The notes below the pieces were generated by a model, which saw nothing but the letters and a program-made list of their open reading frames with translations, had not been told where the DNA came from and ran no database searches. A stretch of DNA of 64,000 nt from the human T2T-CHM13v2.0 reference genome, Homo sapiens, in the NCBI RefSeq assembly GCF_009914755.1, contig NC_060936.1; one strand, 5' to 3'. Every line of letters starts with the position of its first letter. The stretch's first letter is position 1. Shown here piece after piece: positions 32,335 through 46,979 of this stretch. The translations under genes and the position numbers were made by a program.

Positions 32335-33050
32335 AATGTTTTTTAATTAACAAAAATTGTATATATTTATCACATGCAACATGTTTGAAACATGTACACA
32401 CTGTGGAATGACTACATTGAGCTAATTAATATATGCATTGCAGAACACACTTATCATTTTATATGATGAGAACACTTAAAATCCACTCTCTTAGCAACTT
32501 CCAAGACTATAATACATTGTTATTTACTATTGTCTCCATGTGGTACAATAGATCTCTTGAACTTATTCCTCCTACCTAACTGAAATTTTGTCTCCTTTGA
32601 CCAATATTTCCCCAACACCACCCCCCCACCACCACCTCTCTCCAGCCCCTGGTAACCAGCATGCGACTCTCTACTTTTATGATTCTGACTTCTGACTTTT
32701 TAAAATTCCACAAATGGGTGAGATCATGCAGTATTGTCTTCCTGTGCCTGGCTTATTTCACTTAACATAATGTTTTCCAGGTTCATCCATGTAGTCCCAA
32801 ATGACAACCCGGTCGTCCTTCCTTTTTAAGGCTGGATTTTCTTGCTTTTAAGGCTGAATGTTACTCCATTGTGTATACATTTTCTTTCTTCATTCATCTG
32901 TTGATAGACACTTAGGTTGATTCCATATCTTGGCTATTGTGAAAAATGCTGCAATGAACATGGGAGTGCAGATATCTCTTCGACATACAAATTTCATTTC
33001 CTTTGTATAAATATCCAGTAATGCGATTGCTAGATCATGTGGTAATTCTT
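32335..33050 (-). mobile_element. L1MA 3' end
   Basis: Antisense L1MA 3'UTR (gtacaatagatctcttgaacttattcc; gtgagatcatgcagtatt). Confidence 0.85.
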
Positions 33051-33054
33051 TTAA

Positions 33055-33280
33055 GATATGAGTTTTAAGGTCAGACTTCCTTTAATTGAATCTTGCCTAT
33101 ACTACTTAACTGTATGATCTTTGTCAAATTCCTTCATTTCTGCTGCCTCAGTTTCTTCACCTGCAAAAGAGGAAAATAATATTATTTACTTTATTAGGTT
33201 TTTATAAAGTTTAAATGGGATAAAGCTATAATGAACTTAGAATGGTGCCTGGCACATTCCAAGTTTCTACTAGATGAATG
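33055..33280 (+). mobile_element. MIR
   Basis: gcctcagtttcttcacctgcaaaa...ttagaatggtgcctggcaca. Confidence 0.7.
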
Positions 33281-33399
33281 ATGTTACTTCGATCAGTCCT
33301 CTTCAGTCAGAAAGGAAACTATGAAGTTAGCAGTCATTTATATGGGGGCAAATAAGAATTTTGAGTTCCTAATTATTTTTATAGACTTATTAGGAGAGA

Positions 33400-33600
33400 T
33401 GAAGCTTTGGGGTCAAACACATCTGGGTTTCTCTTTGGGGAAATTTATTTACCTTTTCTAACATCATCTTTTTCATCTGTAAAATGGGCAAAAGATTATA
33501 ACTAAGTCATATATTTGTTGTGAAAAGTAAATGAAATTAGTTATGTAAAATCCTCAACAGAAAGCTCACAGAGTGCCTAATAAATGGCAGCTCTTGCTAT
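33400..33600 (+). mobile_element. MIR
   Basis: tcatctgtaaaatggg...ttgttgtga core. Confidence 0.6.
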
Positions 33601-33958
33601 CCGTAATAATTACATTGACCTGTATTTTACAGATGTATCTTCTTAGTTTCCTAAAATTACCCAATTCAAAAAAGAACTTAAAACGTTTATTACACAAATC
33701 TATTCTTGAATATTCTGTAATAACCATTGCCTACTTAATTTTTAGAGCTAATTAGAATTATTAAAAAGTATACATTTTGAAGGTATACTCTATTTTATAA
33801 TATATGAACAATGTTGAGATTTCAAAATAAGGACCACATAGAAACATTAAAACAATTATATTACTTAACCTGTTAAAAAAAATCACAGTTTCTAGTTGTG
33901 AAGTTCTATGTGCAAAAATGAAAAAGAAAAAAAATCAAAACAAAAATGCTGGTAAACA

Positions 33959-34474
<516 letters not shown>

Positions 34475-35194
34475 TTATAAATGATATAATTTAAATGATG
34501 GTAATAAAAAATCAAGGGTAGTTGCTGAAATCGACTTGGAAGACTTGGGAGAGAAGCAGATAGAACATGAACAAGAAAAGATCAGCTCAGATTGAGTCTT
34601 CAAATAATTTTAAGAGGAGTTTGTTTAGAAAGACACTCCTAGGGATTTATATGTTCAAAGAGAAAAAGAATGAATTTAAAGATGATGTCATGGCTATGCA
34701 TTAGTTTAATGGAAGGGACAACATTAATGGTTATAGAAAATGTGCTTTTATATAACTTGAAAAGTTAGAAATTGATATACAACCTCAAAACACTTCATTG
34801 ACTAGGAATGTATTTTCCCCTGAGGCTCGAGAACTTTAAAGCCACATGAAATATTTCATTGTCTTGTGATTCATAATGCTGGCACATCTTACATCACACT
34901 CAATTAAAGAACAGGGCCTGTTTCTATACATCATCTTCCCAGAGCAAAACTAAGGAACATGAAGGCAAGTTACATTGTCAGAAATAAGATCTTCACTCCT
35001 ATATTAGACATTTTTGTTCATTTCTTCTATGATATCTCCATACCTGACTTTGAAGTTTCTGCTTCCAATATACCATATGCTCATGTGTTTTTCAATTTCT
35101 ACCAGTCTGCAACAGTTTCATTTTGGTTGGAATTAGGCAGGTGGTACCTGAAGCCCTTCTACATACATTTGTTCTGATTTCAAAAGGAATGAGT

Positions 35195-35400
35195 CGGTAT
35201 AGCGAAGTGATTAAAATTCATTATTAGGTTTCAGACAGACCCAGTTCAAATCCACATCTGACTTATGTACTTCAAGTCTCTAAGCTTCAGTTTTCTCATT
35301 TGTAAAAAAAGTGTAATAATAATAATATTGATTCCATCTGATTGTCGAGAGCATTAATTGTATGTAAGGAACTATGGTAAAAACTAAAGGCATGATAATT
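35195..35400 (+). mobile_element. MIR
   Basis: cagacagacccagttcaaatcc...cttcagttttctcatttgtaaaa. Confidence 0.65.
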
Positions 35401-38400
35401 ATTTTTAAGCTCTTTATTATATAATGTTTGGAGAATTATAGGACTTAGAGGATGGCATTTACTTATTAAGATGGGAACTCAAGTCTTTCTTGCTTCATGG
35501 AGTATCCTTAAGCAATAACAGTCTCTTCTGCATTTAATATTAATTGTATACTTTGAAATACCTTTATTATTATTTTCTATGGTAGATTATTATCTCAATG
35601 AATGGAGTAAAAAGACTGGAAATGCAGCTAATGCTTCCGGTAAGATGGAGTAGATGTAATTTTCCCTATTCCTTCCATTAAGTACAACTTAAAACCCTAG
35701 ATATTATCTATAAAACAAACATAAATAGACTATGAAAAGTGGAGGGAAGAAGGCAGACCAGCTAGGGACCTTGGAACCCAAGGAATGACATGGTAGTGAA
35801 TTATTTAGGTTTTCTTTTTGCTTCATATATCCTGGATTGGGTGCTGGAGAAGGCTATAATCCAAATCCCAACAAGCACAGACCAAAAAGTTAAAGCCCCT
35901 CAAAAAGCCTGCTTTCTCTAACTAAAAAACCAGGAATAGGGCGGCCTGAAAGGCCAGAAAACTTTGAGATAATAACCAATCTATTTCAGCCAAACACCAT
36001 AGAAAAAACTGGCCCCATCCTTCTCCACACCAGGAAAGGCCAAATGGGAGGCTTAGACCTCCATCTTTTCCAGGCTGAAATGAAATAAAGCACCCCAACT
36101 ACCCCACCAGTATAGTGTCAGAGAAGACTAAGTAGGGAGCTGGAACTTTTGTGCCCATAGGCAGCAATGAGCCCCCAGCTGCCATGCTTCACAATGACCG
36201 TATAAACCATGTGGGGGGCTTGGTCTTCCACTCCCACCAAGTAATAATGAGATGTCCTCCCTCCCTACTGTGGTGGTGTAGAGGAGGCTAGGTGGAGAGA
36301 CAGGACTTTCACTACTGCCCAGCAGTAATGAGACCACACTCTTTCATCCCTCTATGATGTCAGTAGAAACATACAAAGAGAGTGTTGAGACACTCCTACT
36401 CCTCTAAGCCAAGGAGGTCTAGTGTAAAGCCAGAACACATAGCCTTTCCCAGAAAGAACAAGGAGTCCCTGACCTGAGCTGTCAATGAAGGCTGAGTACT
36501 GAACTCCTACCCCTACCTGGTAATAATGAGGTAATGTTCTACCACCCCACTTTCCCTGCTAGAGTGGTATCAGAGAAATCCAGCTAAAACAAAGTTTAAA
36601 TAAGATTCAGTCTCGTAACATAATGCTTCAAAAATCCCCATTTCAATAGTAAATCACTTGTCATGCCAAGAACTAGGAAGATCTCAAACTGAATGAAAAA
36701 AGATGATATCAACTCCTAGATGACAAGAGAGTTTAGAATTATCTGGAAAATATTGTAAATGAGCCACCATAAAGATGTTTAGATGAGCAATTACAAACAT
36801 GCCTGAAATAAATTTTAAAAAATAGAAAGTTTCAGCAAATAGAAAATCTCAGTAAAGAAATAGAAGACATGAAGAAGAATCAAAGGGAAATTTTAGAACA
36901 AAAAATGTATCTGGTATAAAAATGAAAAAGCAGAATAGAGAAGACAAAGCAAAGAATCAGTAAACTAGAAGACAGAGCAATAGAAATTACCCAATCTGAA
37001 CAACAGAGTTAGAAACAGACTGGGAAAAAGAAAAATGAACATAGCCTTAGAAATCTAAGGAACTATAACAAAAGATGTAACTTTTATGTTATTAGAGTGC
37101 CAGAAGGAGAGGATAAAGAGGTACTTAAAGAAATAAGACTGAAAACTTACCAAGTTTTACAAAAGACATAAACCTACAGATTCTAGAAACTGAGTGAATG
37201 TGATAAACCTAAAGAAATCTATAACAAGACATATCATAATCAAACTTCTAAAAATTGAAGACAAACAATCTTGAAAGCAATGAGAAAAAAAATGACACTT
37301 TACCCAGCATTACCAGGGGATAAACAATTCAAATAACAGTGGATTTCTCACTATAAATCATGGAAGCAGAAGGAAGTGGCACAACATTTTTCAAGTGATG
37401 AAAGCAAAGAATCATCAACTCAGAATTCAGCAAAAATATCCTTCAGGAATGAAAGAACAATAAAGGCTTTCTCAGATGAAGGAATATCAAGAGAACTTGT
37501 TGCCAGCTGACTTACCCTTAAAAAATGGCTAATGAAAATGTTCTAAACAAGAAGAAAATGATAAAAGAAGGAATCTTGGAACATCAGAAAAGAAGAAAGA
37601 ACAATACAACAAAGATAAGCAAAAATATGGGTAAATACAATAGATTTCTTTCTCTTTTTGAGTTTTCTAAATTGTGTTTGATGGTTGAATTTAAAAGTTA
37701 CAATACTGTATGATGTGGTTTTAAATGCAGGTAGAGAAAATATTTAAGGTAATATAAATGGGGGATATGTAAAAGGATATAAAGGGAGATAAATTTCCAC
37801 ATTTCACTCTAACTGTTAAAATAACACCACCAGTAGACTGTGATAAGTTATGTATATGTAGTGTGATACCTAGAGCAACCAATACAAAAATAAACATTTT
37901 CATTTTAAAACACTGTAGATAAAATGGAATTCTAAAAAATGTTAAGTAACCCACAGAAAGGAAAAAAACAGAAATTAAAAGGAGAGAACAAACAAGAAAA
38001 ATAAAACAAAGTAGCATACTTATGCCCCCAAATAACAATAATTACATTGAATATAAATGGTCTAAACACACCAATTAAAAGACAGATATTGTTAGAGTGG
38101 ATTAAAAACATGACCCAAATATAGAAACTCATTTCAAATATAATAATATAGGTAGCTTGTTAGTGAAGAATAGAAAAAGGTATATCATGTAGACATTAGT
38201 GAAAAACAATCAGTGGTAGCTATATTAATATCAGATAAGGCCGACTTCAGAACAAAGAAAATTACCAGACAGAGAAGAACAACATAAATGAAAAAATGTC
38301 AATTCACCAAGAAGACTTAGCAATCCTAGATGATTATGCACTCTATAACAAAGCTGCAAAATATGTGAAGAAAAAACTGATAGATCAGAAAGAAGAAATA

Positions 38401-38800
38401 GGCAAATTCATGATTATAGTTGTGGAGAATACAACACCCTTCTCAATAATGGATAGAAAAACTGGACAGAAAATCAGCAAAGATATAGAAGAACTCAACA
38501 ACAGCATTGACTGACAGTATCTAATCAACATTTATAGAACATTCCATCAGACAACAACAAAATACCCATTCTTTCCAAGTGCCCATGGAACTTGATACCA
38601 AAATAGATGATATCCTGAGCCACAAAACAATCTTCAACAATTTGAAAACAGTTGAAATTATATGGAGTATGTTCTCTGACCACAATGGAATCAAACTAGA
38701 AATAAACAGTGGAAAGATGACAGGAAAATCTTCAAACACTTGAAAACTAAACAGTGCATTTCTAAATAATCAGTGAGTCAATGGGGAAGTCACAAAGGCA

Positions 38801-39127
38801 TTTTATTTTATTTTTATATTTATTTATTTATTTATTTATTTTTGAGACAGGGTCTCTTTCTTTATCACTCAGGCTGGAGTGCAGTGGTGCGATCTTGGCT
38901 CACTGCAACCTTAGCCTCCCAGTTCAAGAGAATCTCCTGCCTCAGCCTCCCAAGTAGCTGGGATTACAGGCGCCTGCCACCATGCCTGGCTAATTTTTGT
39001 ATTTTTAGTAGAGACAGGGTTTCATCATGTTGGCCAGACTGGACTCGAACTCCTGGCCTCCCAGTGATCTGCCCACCTTGGCCTCCCAAAGTGCTGGGAT
39101 TACAGGTGTGAGCCACCGTGCCCGGCC
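38801..39127 (-). mobile_element. Alu in L1
   Basis: Full dimer with (TTTA)n tail. Confidence 0.9.
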
Positions 39128-39389
39128 ACAAAGAAAATTTTTTAAAAAATAAGCTGAGCAGAACGAAAATAACAAAACAATATATCAAAATGTGTATGAC
39201 ACAGCTAAAGCAGTGCTAAAAAAATTTTAAGCACTAAGTGCATACATTATGAAACAGAAAAAGCCTAAAAGCAATAATTGAATCTCGAGAGCTTAGAAAG
39301 AAAGCAAAATAAAACCAAAGCAAGCAGAAGGAAATAATAAAGATAAAAACAGAAATCAATAAAATCAAAAATAGTAAAACAACAGAGAA

Positions 39390-40156
39390 CAACTATTTTA
39401 GATTATTCCTTTGAGTGAGATCATGTGGTATTTTGTCTTTCTGTTTGGCTTTTTTCACTTAACATAATGTCCTCCAGTATCATCCATGTTGTTGCACATG
39501 ACAGAATTTCATTCATTTTTGTGGCTGAATGATAATTCCATTTTGTATATATACTATATTTTCTTTATCCATTCATCCATTAATGGACACTTAAGTTGAT
39601 TCCATGTCTTGGCTCTTGTGAATAGTGCTGTCATAAATATTGGAGTGCAGGTAAATCTTTGATATACTGATTTCAATTCCTTTGGATATATATCCAATAG
39701 TGGAATTGCTGGATTGTATAGTAGTACTATTTGTAATTTTTTGAGGAATCTGCATAGTGTTTTCCACAACAGCAGTACTAATTTACATTTCTACCAGCAG
39801 TGTATAAGTTTCCTTTTCTCCACATGGTGGTTACCAGAGGTTGGGGCTGCTGCAGGGAAGGGGAGAATGGGCAGATATTGGTCAAAGCATACATAATTTC
39901 AGTTAGGAGAATTAAGTTCAAGGGATGTATTGTACAGCAAGGTGACTACAGTTAGTGATGATATAGTATACTCTTGAAAACGTAAAGAGAGTAGATATTA
40001 TGTGCTCTCACCACAAAAAAAAGATACCTGTGAGGTAATACATTTGTTAATTAGCAAGATTCAACCATCCAATAATATGTCTGTACTTCAAAATATCATG
40101 TACATAATAAAAATGTACAATGTTATCTGTCAATTTAAAAATGTAATAGTAAAAAG
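39390..40156 (+). mobile_element. L1MA 3' fragment with 5' inversion
   Basis: 39390-39825 antisense, 39824-40156 sense; TSD aaaacaa(c/t)agagaa at 39376-39389 and 40157-40170. Confidence 0.85.
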
Positions 40157-41010
40157 AAAACAATAGAGAAAATGATGAAATTGGAAGCAAAAAACAATAG
40201 AGGAAATCAATGAAACAAAGCACTGATTCCTTAGAAAGATCAGTCAAACCTCTGGCTAGACTGAAAAAGAAAAAAAAAGAGGAAACATGAATTATTAATA
40301 TATTTGATATACTTGTTTAAATGTTAATATCATGAATGAAATAGGGATATCACTATAGACTTTGCAGACATGAAAAAGACAGTAAGAGAATAATTTGAAC
40401 AACTCTACACATATAAACTCCACAGCTTAGATGGAATAAAAGAATTCCTTGAAAAACTATCACAACTCACCCAACATGAAAGAGGTACTTTGAATAGACC
40501 TATAACCATTAAGGAAATTGAATTTGTTATTTAACAACTTACAAAAAAAGAAACATCCAAGCCTAGATGCTTTCACTGGAGAATTCCAACCAACATTTAA
40601 AGAATTAATGCCAAGTATACATTTTCTCTTACCTCTTCCAGAACATAGAAGAGAAACACTTCCTAATTCATTTATGAAGCTAATATTACCCTGATGCCAA
40701 AAGCAGACAAAGATAGTACAAAGAGAGAAAACTATAGACCAATATCGTTCATGAATAAAGATGCAAAGATCCTTAACAAATATTAGCAAATAGAATTCAG
40801 GCATACATACATATGTATATGTATCCACAAAGAATTATAAATCATACCAAGGGGGTTTATTGTTGGGGTGTTCAGTTGATTTAATATTTGAAAATCAATC
40901 AATGTAATTCACCATATTAATAGGCTAAAAATCATAGGATTATATCAACCAGTGCAGAAAAAAATTTGACAAAATTCAATACTCATATATGATTTTTAAA
41001 ACTCTCAGAG

Positions 41011-41306
41011 GACTGGATGTGGTGGCTGACAGACACCTTGTAATTCCAGCACTTTGTGAGGCTGAGGTGGAAGGATTGCTTGAGGCCAGAGTTCGAGACC
41101 AGCCTAGGCAACATAGTGAGACTTGTCTCTACAAAACATTTTTTTAAAATTAGCTGGGCATGGTGGCATGCTCCTGTAGTCCCAGCTACTTGGAAGGCTG
41201 AGGTGGGAGGTTTGCTTGAGCCCAGGGTTTGAGGCTGCAGTGAGCTATGATCACACCACTGTACACCAGCCTGGGTGACAGTTTTTGTTTATTTGTTTAA
41301 GAGACA
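41011..41306 (+). mobile_element. AluJ with inverted 3' terminus
   Basis: Dimer; TSD aaaactctcaga; tail rearranged. Confidence 0.88.
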
Positions 41307-42219
41307 AATGAATATGTACTTGATTTATGTGAGCTTACATAATAAAAACTCTCAGAGATACAGGAATAGCAGGGAACTTCCTCAATTTGATCAAGATCAT
41401 CTACCAAAAAAACTGTAGGTCACAATATACTCAATGGTGAATGCTTTCCCACTAGGATCAGGAACAAGTCAAGGATGTCTGCTGTCACTCTTCTTATTCA
41501 ACATAGTGCTAGAAGTCCTAGCAAGTGCAATAAAACAAGGGAAGAAAGTAAAAACATACAAATCACAAAGAAAGACATAAAACTGTCACTATTTGTAGAT
41601 TACATAACTATCTAAATAGAAAATGCCAAGGAGTCTATAAAAAAACTCCTACTAGTAGATGAATTCTACTAGTAGATGAATTCATCAAGGTCACAGGATA
41701 AGCTTACATAAATCAATTATATTTTTGTATATTAGCAATTGTCACATGGACACCAATATTAAAAGTACAATACCATTTATGATTGCTCAAAAAATTCAAA
41801 TATTTAGATGTAACCATCACAAAACAGGTACAGGAGTTTAATGCTGAAAACTACAAAACACTGCTGAAAAAAATGAAAGCCCTAAATAAATGAGAGACAC
41901 ACCATGATCATGGATTGGAAAACTCAACATAGTAAGGATATCAATTTTCACTGATTTGATAGACAAATTTAATCCATTTGCTACCAAAATCTCAGCAGAT
42001 TTTTGTAAATATACATGAGACTATTCTAAAACTTATATGAAAAAAAAAAGAAGTAGACAAAACTATTTTGAAAAAAAAGAATTAAGTGGGAATCCAATTT
42101 CAAGATTTATTATATAGCTTCATTATGAAGTCTGTGGTATTGGTGGACAGGGACACACACATAGATCAATGAGATAGGATAGAGCCCAGGAATAGACCTG
42201 CACGAGTATGTCCAATTGA

Positions 42220-42517
42220 TTTTTTTTTTTTTTTTTGAGAAAGGGTCTCACTCTGTCACCCATGCTGGAGTGCAGTCATGCAATCTCAGCTCACTGCAAC
42301 CTCTGCCTCCTGGGTTCAAGCAATTCTCATGCCTCAGCTACTGAATAGCTGGGATTACAGGTGTGGGCCACCATGCCTGGCTAATTTTGTATTTTTAGTA
42401 GAAATGGGTTTTTGCCATGTTGGCCAGGCTGGTCTCTAATTCCTGGCCTCCCAGTGATCCGCCTGCCTCTGCCTCACGAAGTACTGGGATCACAGACATA
42501 ATCCACTGTGCCTGGCC
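42220..42517 (-). mobile_element. Alu in L1
   Basis: TSD tccaa(t/c)tgattttt. Confidence 0.9.
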
Positions 42518-42929
42518 TCCAACTGATTTTTGACAAAGGCACAAAATGCAATTCAATGGAAGAAAGATAGCCTTTAAAAAATGGTGCTAGAGCAATTGGA
42601 CATTCATTTTAAAAAGCAAATCTCAACCCAAACCTCAGACCTTATCCAAAAATTAACTTAAAATGGTACAGGGATATAAATGTAAAATATAAAAGTATAA
42701 AACTTTTAGAAATAATAGGGGAAAATGTTTGAGATCTAGAGATGGACAAAGAGTTCTTAGACTTGACAAGAAAAACATGATCCATAAAAGGAAAAACTGA
42801 CACATTGAACTTTATCAAAATTAAAAACATTTGCTGTGTGAAAAATTCTATTAAAAAGATGAAAGGACAAGGAGTAATGTTCAGAATATATAAAGAACTC
42901 TCAAAACTCAACAGTTAAAAAAAATCCAA

Positions 42930-43230
42930 AAGTCAAGTACTGCAGGTTCTCATTTATAAGTGGTAGCTAAATAATGTGTACACATGAACATAAAGGAAAG
43001 AATAATAGACACTGAAGACTCAGAAGAGGAGGAGGGCGGGGGAGGGGAGATGGAGGTGAGGAATGAGAAATTACTTCATAGGTACAATGTATATTATTTG
43101 GGTGATAGTTACACTAAAAGCTCAAACTTCGCCACTGCTCAATATATCCGTGTATTAAAACTGCACTCATACCCCTTAAATTTATAGAAATAAAAAATTA
43201 CTTAAAATACATAAATAAAAAATAAAATTT
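42930..43230 (+). mobile_element. L1PB-type 3' end fragment
   Basis: 3'UTR plus A tail; TSD AAAAATCCAA at 42920-42929 and 43231-43240. Confidence 0.8.
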
Positions 43231-43526
43231 AAAAATCCAAGTATAAAGTGGACAAAATAAATTTTACCAGAGCGAATATACAGATATCAAAAAGCATATA
43301 CAAAGATGTTTAACATCATTAGATATTAGGGAATTCAAATTAAAACCACAATGCATAATACTACACACCTATGAGAATGACTAAAATTTTTTTAAAATTT
43401 AAAAAATTAGTGAAAACACCAAATTCTGGTGAGGATGCAAAAAAAAACTATCACTCCTACATTGCCATTGGGAATACAAAATGATACACCTACTCTGGAA
43501 AATAGTTTCTTTTAGAACTAAACATG

Positions 43527-44957
43527 TGAAGGTACCAAGAACATACATTGGGAAAGAACAATAAATGGTGCTTGGAAACTGGATATTTATATGAAGAAGG
43601 AGAAAATTAAACCCCTATCTCATATTATATACAAAAATCAAATCTAAATTGAATAGAAACTTAAATGTAAGACCTGAAACTATGAACCTACTATAAGATA
43701 ACATTAGGAAAATTATCTAGGTCATTGATTTGTGCAAAGATTTCTTGAGTAAGATCGCAAAAGCACAGGCAACTAAAGCAAAAAATGGACAAATGGGATC
43801 ACAGCAGAGGAAACAATCAACAAAGTGAAAAGACAACCCACAGCATGGGAGAAAATATTTGCCAACTACCTATCTGACATGGGATTAATAACCAGAATAT
43901 ATAAGGAGCTCAGACGTCTCAACAGAAAAAATTCAAATTGAAAATGGGTGAAAGATATGAATAGACATTTCTCAAAAGAAGACATACAGATGGCCGACAG
44001 GTATATTACAAAATGCTCAACATCACCAATCATCAGAGAACTGCAAATCAAAACTATGAGATACTATCTCAGTCCAGTTAAAATGACTTTTATAAAAAAG
44101 GCAATAACGGATGCTAGGGCAGATAGGGAGAAAGTGGAACCCTCCAACACTGTTGGTGGGAATGTAAATTAGCACAGTCACTATGGAGAACAGTATGGAG
44201 ACCTCTCAAACAACTAAAAATATAACTACCCAATGATCCAGCAATCCTACTGCTGGGTATAGGATCCATATAAAAGGAAATCAGTATATTGAAGAAGTAT
44301 CTGCACTCCCATGTTTATTGCAGCACTATTATTCACAGTAGCCAAGATAGGGAATCAACCTAAGTATCCATCGATGGATAAATGGACAAAGAAAATGTGG
44401 TACATATATCTACAATAGAAAATTATTCAGCCACAAAAAAGAACGAAATTCTGTTGTTTGCAACAATATGGATGGAACTGTAAGGCATTACGTTAAGTGA
44501 AATAAGCCAGGCGCAGCAAGACAAATATCACATTTTCTCACTCATATGTGGGAGCTAAATGTGTTGATCTCATGAAGATACAGGGTAGAATGATCATTAC
44601 CAGAGGCTAGGAAGGATACCAGAGGCTAGGAAGGATACCAGAGGTGGGGAAAGGGGGATAAAGAGGAATTGGTTAGTGGGTACAAAAATATAGATAGAAG
44701 GAATCAGATATAATGTTTGGTAGCACAATAAGGTGACCATAGTTAACAAAAATTTATTGTATATTTCACAATAGCAGAGTGGAATTGGGATGTCCCTAAC
44801 ACAAAGAAATGATAAATGTTCAAGAAATGTTCAAGATGATGATACCCCAGTTACCCTGATTTGATCATTACACATTTAATGCTTATATCAAAATATTACT
44901 TCTACCCTATAAATATGTGCAACTATTATGTATCCATAAAAATTAAAAATAAGAAAA
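43527..44957 (+). mobile_element. L1MA 3' fragment
   Basis: ORF2 end plus 3'UTR; TSD AACTAAACATG at 43516-43526 and 44958-44968. Confidence 0.85.
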
Positions 44958-45096
44958 AACTAAACATGCAACTACACAGTGACCCAGCAATTGCACTCCT
45001 GGGCATTTATCCTAGAGAAATAAAAATTTATATTCACATGAAAAGGTGTACACAAATATTTATAGCAGCTTTATTTATAAGAGTCAAAAATTGGAG

Positions 45097-45400
<304 letters not shown>

Positions 45401-45434
45401 TCAATGGGTGAATGCTTAAAAATCTGTGACACAG

Positions 45435-45818
<384 letters not shown>

Positions 45819-46599
45819 TTATGCTTAATGAAAAAATAAATCCTGAAAGCTTACATACATACGATTCCATTTATATAACATTCTTGAAATAACAAAAATC
45901 GTAGAAATGGAGAACAAATTAGAGGTTTCCAGGGGCTAAGTAAAGAGTCAAGGTAGGAGTAAAATGTGTGCAGCTATAAATGGGAAACAGAGATTCTTGT
46001 GGTGTTGGAATTGTTCTGTATCTTGACTGTATTGATGTGAATATCCTAGTTGTGATATTATACTATAATTTTGCAAAATGTTCCCATTAGAGGAAACTGG
46101 GTAAATTTTACATGGGATTTCTGCTTGGTTTTCTTTTTTCTTTTTTTTCTTTCTTTTTTTTTTTTTTACAACTGCAAGTGAATCTCAAAGGAGACTTTTA
46201 GAAAACTATTAAATTACCCATCCTTAGTTTACTATTTATTTGTAAAATGGAGAAAATAATAGCTGTACTATATCCTGGAATTGGGCCGCTAAAGTTGGAA
46301 AATGCTTAAGAACTTGGACATAGTGCTACATACTTGGATTTACAGACTTCTGGATCACAGAGTTGTTAGTAATTTTCTATTTCATTGGTATCCAAATTAT
46401 TTTTTTTTCTGGACCACAGGTTGGACACTGAGGAGACTGGTGGGAAGCAGAGCAAAAGGTGCTTCTCATACCTTCTTCTCTTTCCAACATCCAACCACGC
46501 TTCCCTCCCTTCTCAGTCTTGCTTTCATCTGTTTTCCATATTAGAATTCTGAGGGATTTTGTAGAAGAAAAGAGGCTTTTACTTACATTTTGAAACCAA

Positions 46600-46750
46600 C
46601 TCATCTAGTCCCAATCTTTCACTTTACTGATCAGGAGATAGAAACCAGAGAGGTTTAGTGACTACTCAAGACACTGAGGTAGTTGGTGGTGAAGCTGAGA
46701 ACAGAACAAGGACTATTGACCCTCACTCCAGTGTTTTTTCCACTAAATCA
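46600..46750 (-). mobile_element. MIR
   Basis: ttttactgatcaggag...ccagagaggtttagtgact core. Confidence 0.6.
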
Positions 46751-46960
46751 TGGTGACTTGTATTTAGATTGCTTTCTCAATACTTTTGTCAACAATCAAA
46801 TAGCAACACCATTTATTGTTGTCTAGAGGCATAACTTTGTGCAGTAATTCTTAAGTATATGGGTAGAATTTTTAAGCATTTTGGTAGTCATGGTATGGGA
46901 TATTGTTCAAGGAGTGCCTTAAACATAGGTACATTTATTGTACATATCGGAAAAGCTTAT

Positions 46961-46979
46961 TGGTGCCACCTAGTGGTTT
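46961..46979 (-). promoter_or_regulatory. CTCF-binding motif
   Basis: Minus strand AAACCACTAGGTGGCACCA matches the CCASYAGRKGGCRS core; located in non-repeat DNA. Confidence 0.65.

Noticed and set aside
34500-34800. Possible Tigger-like transposase relic
   Set aside because: Could not read any convincing conserved motif
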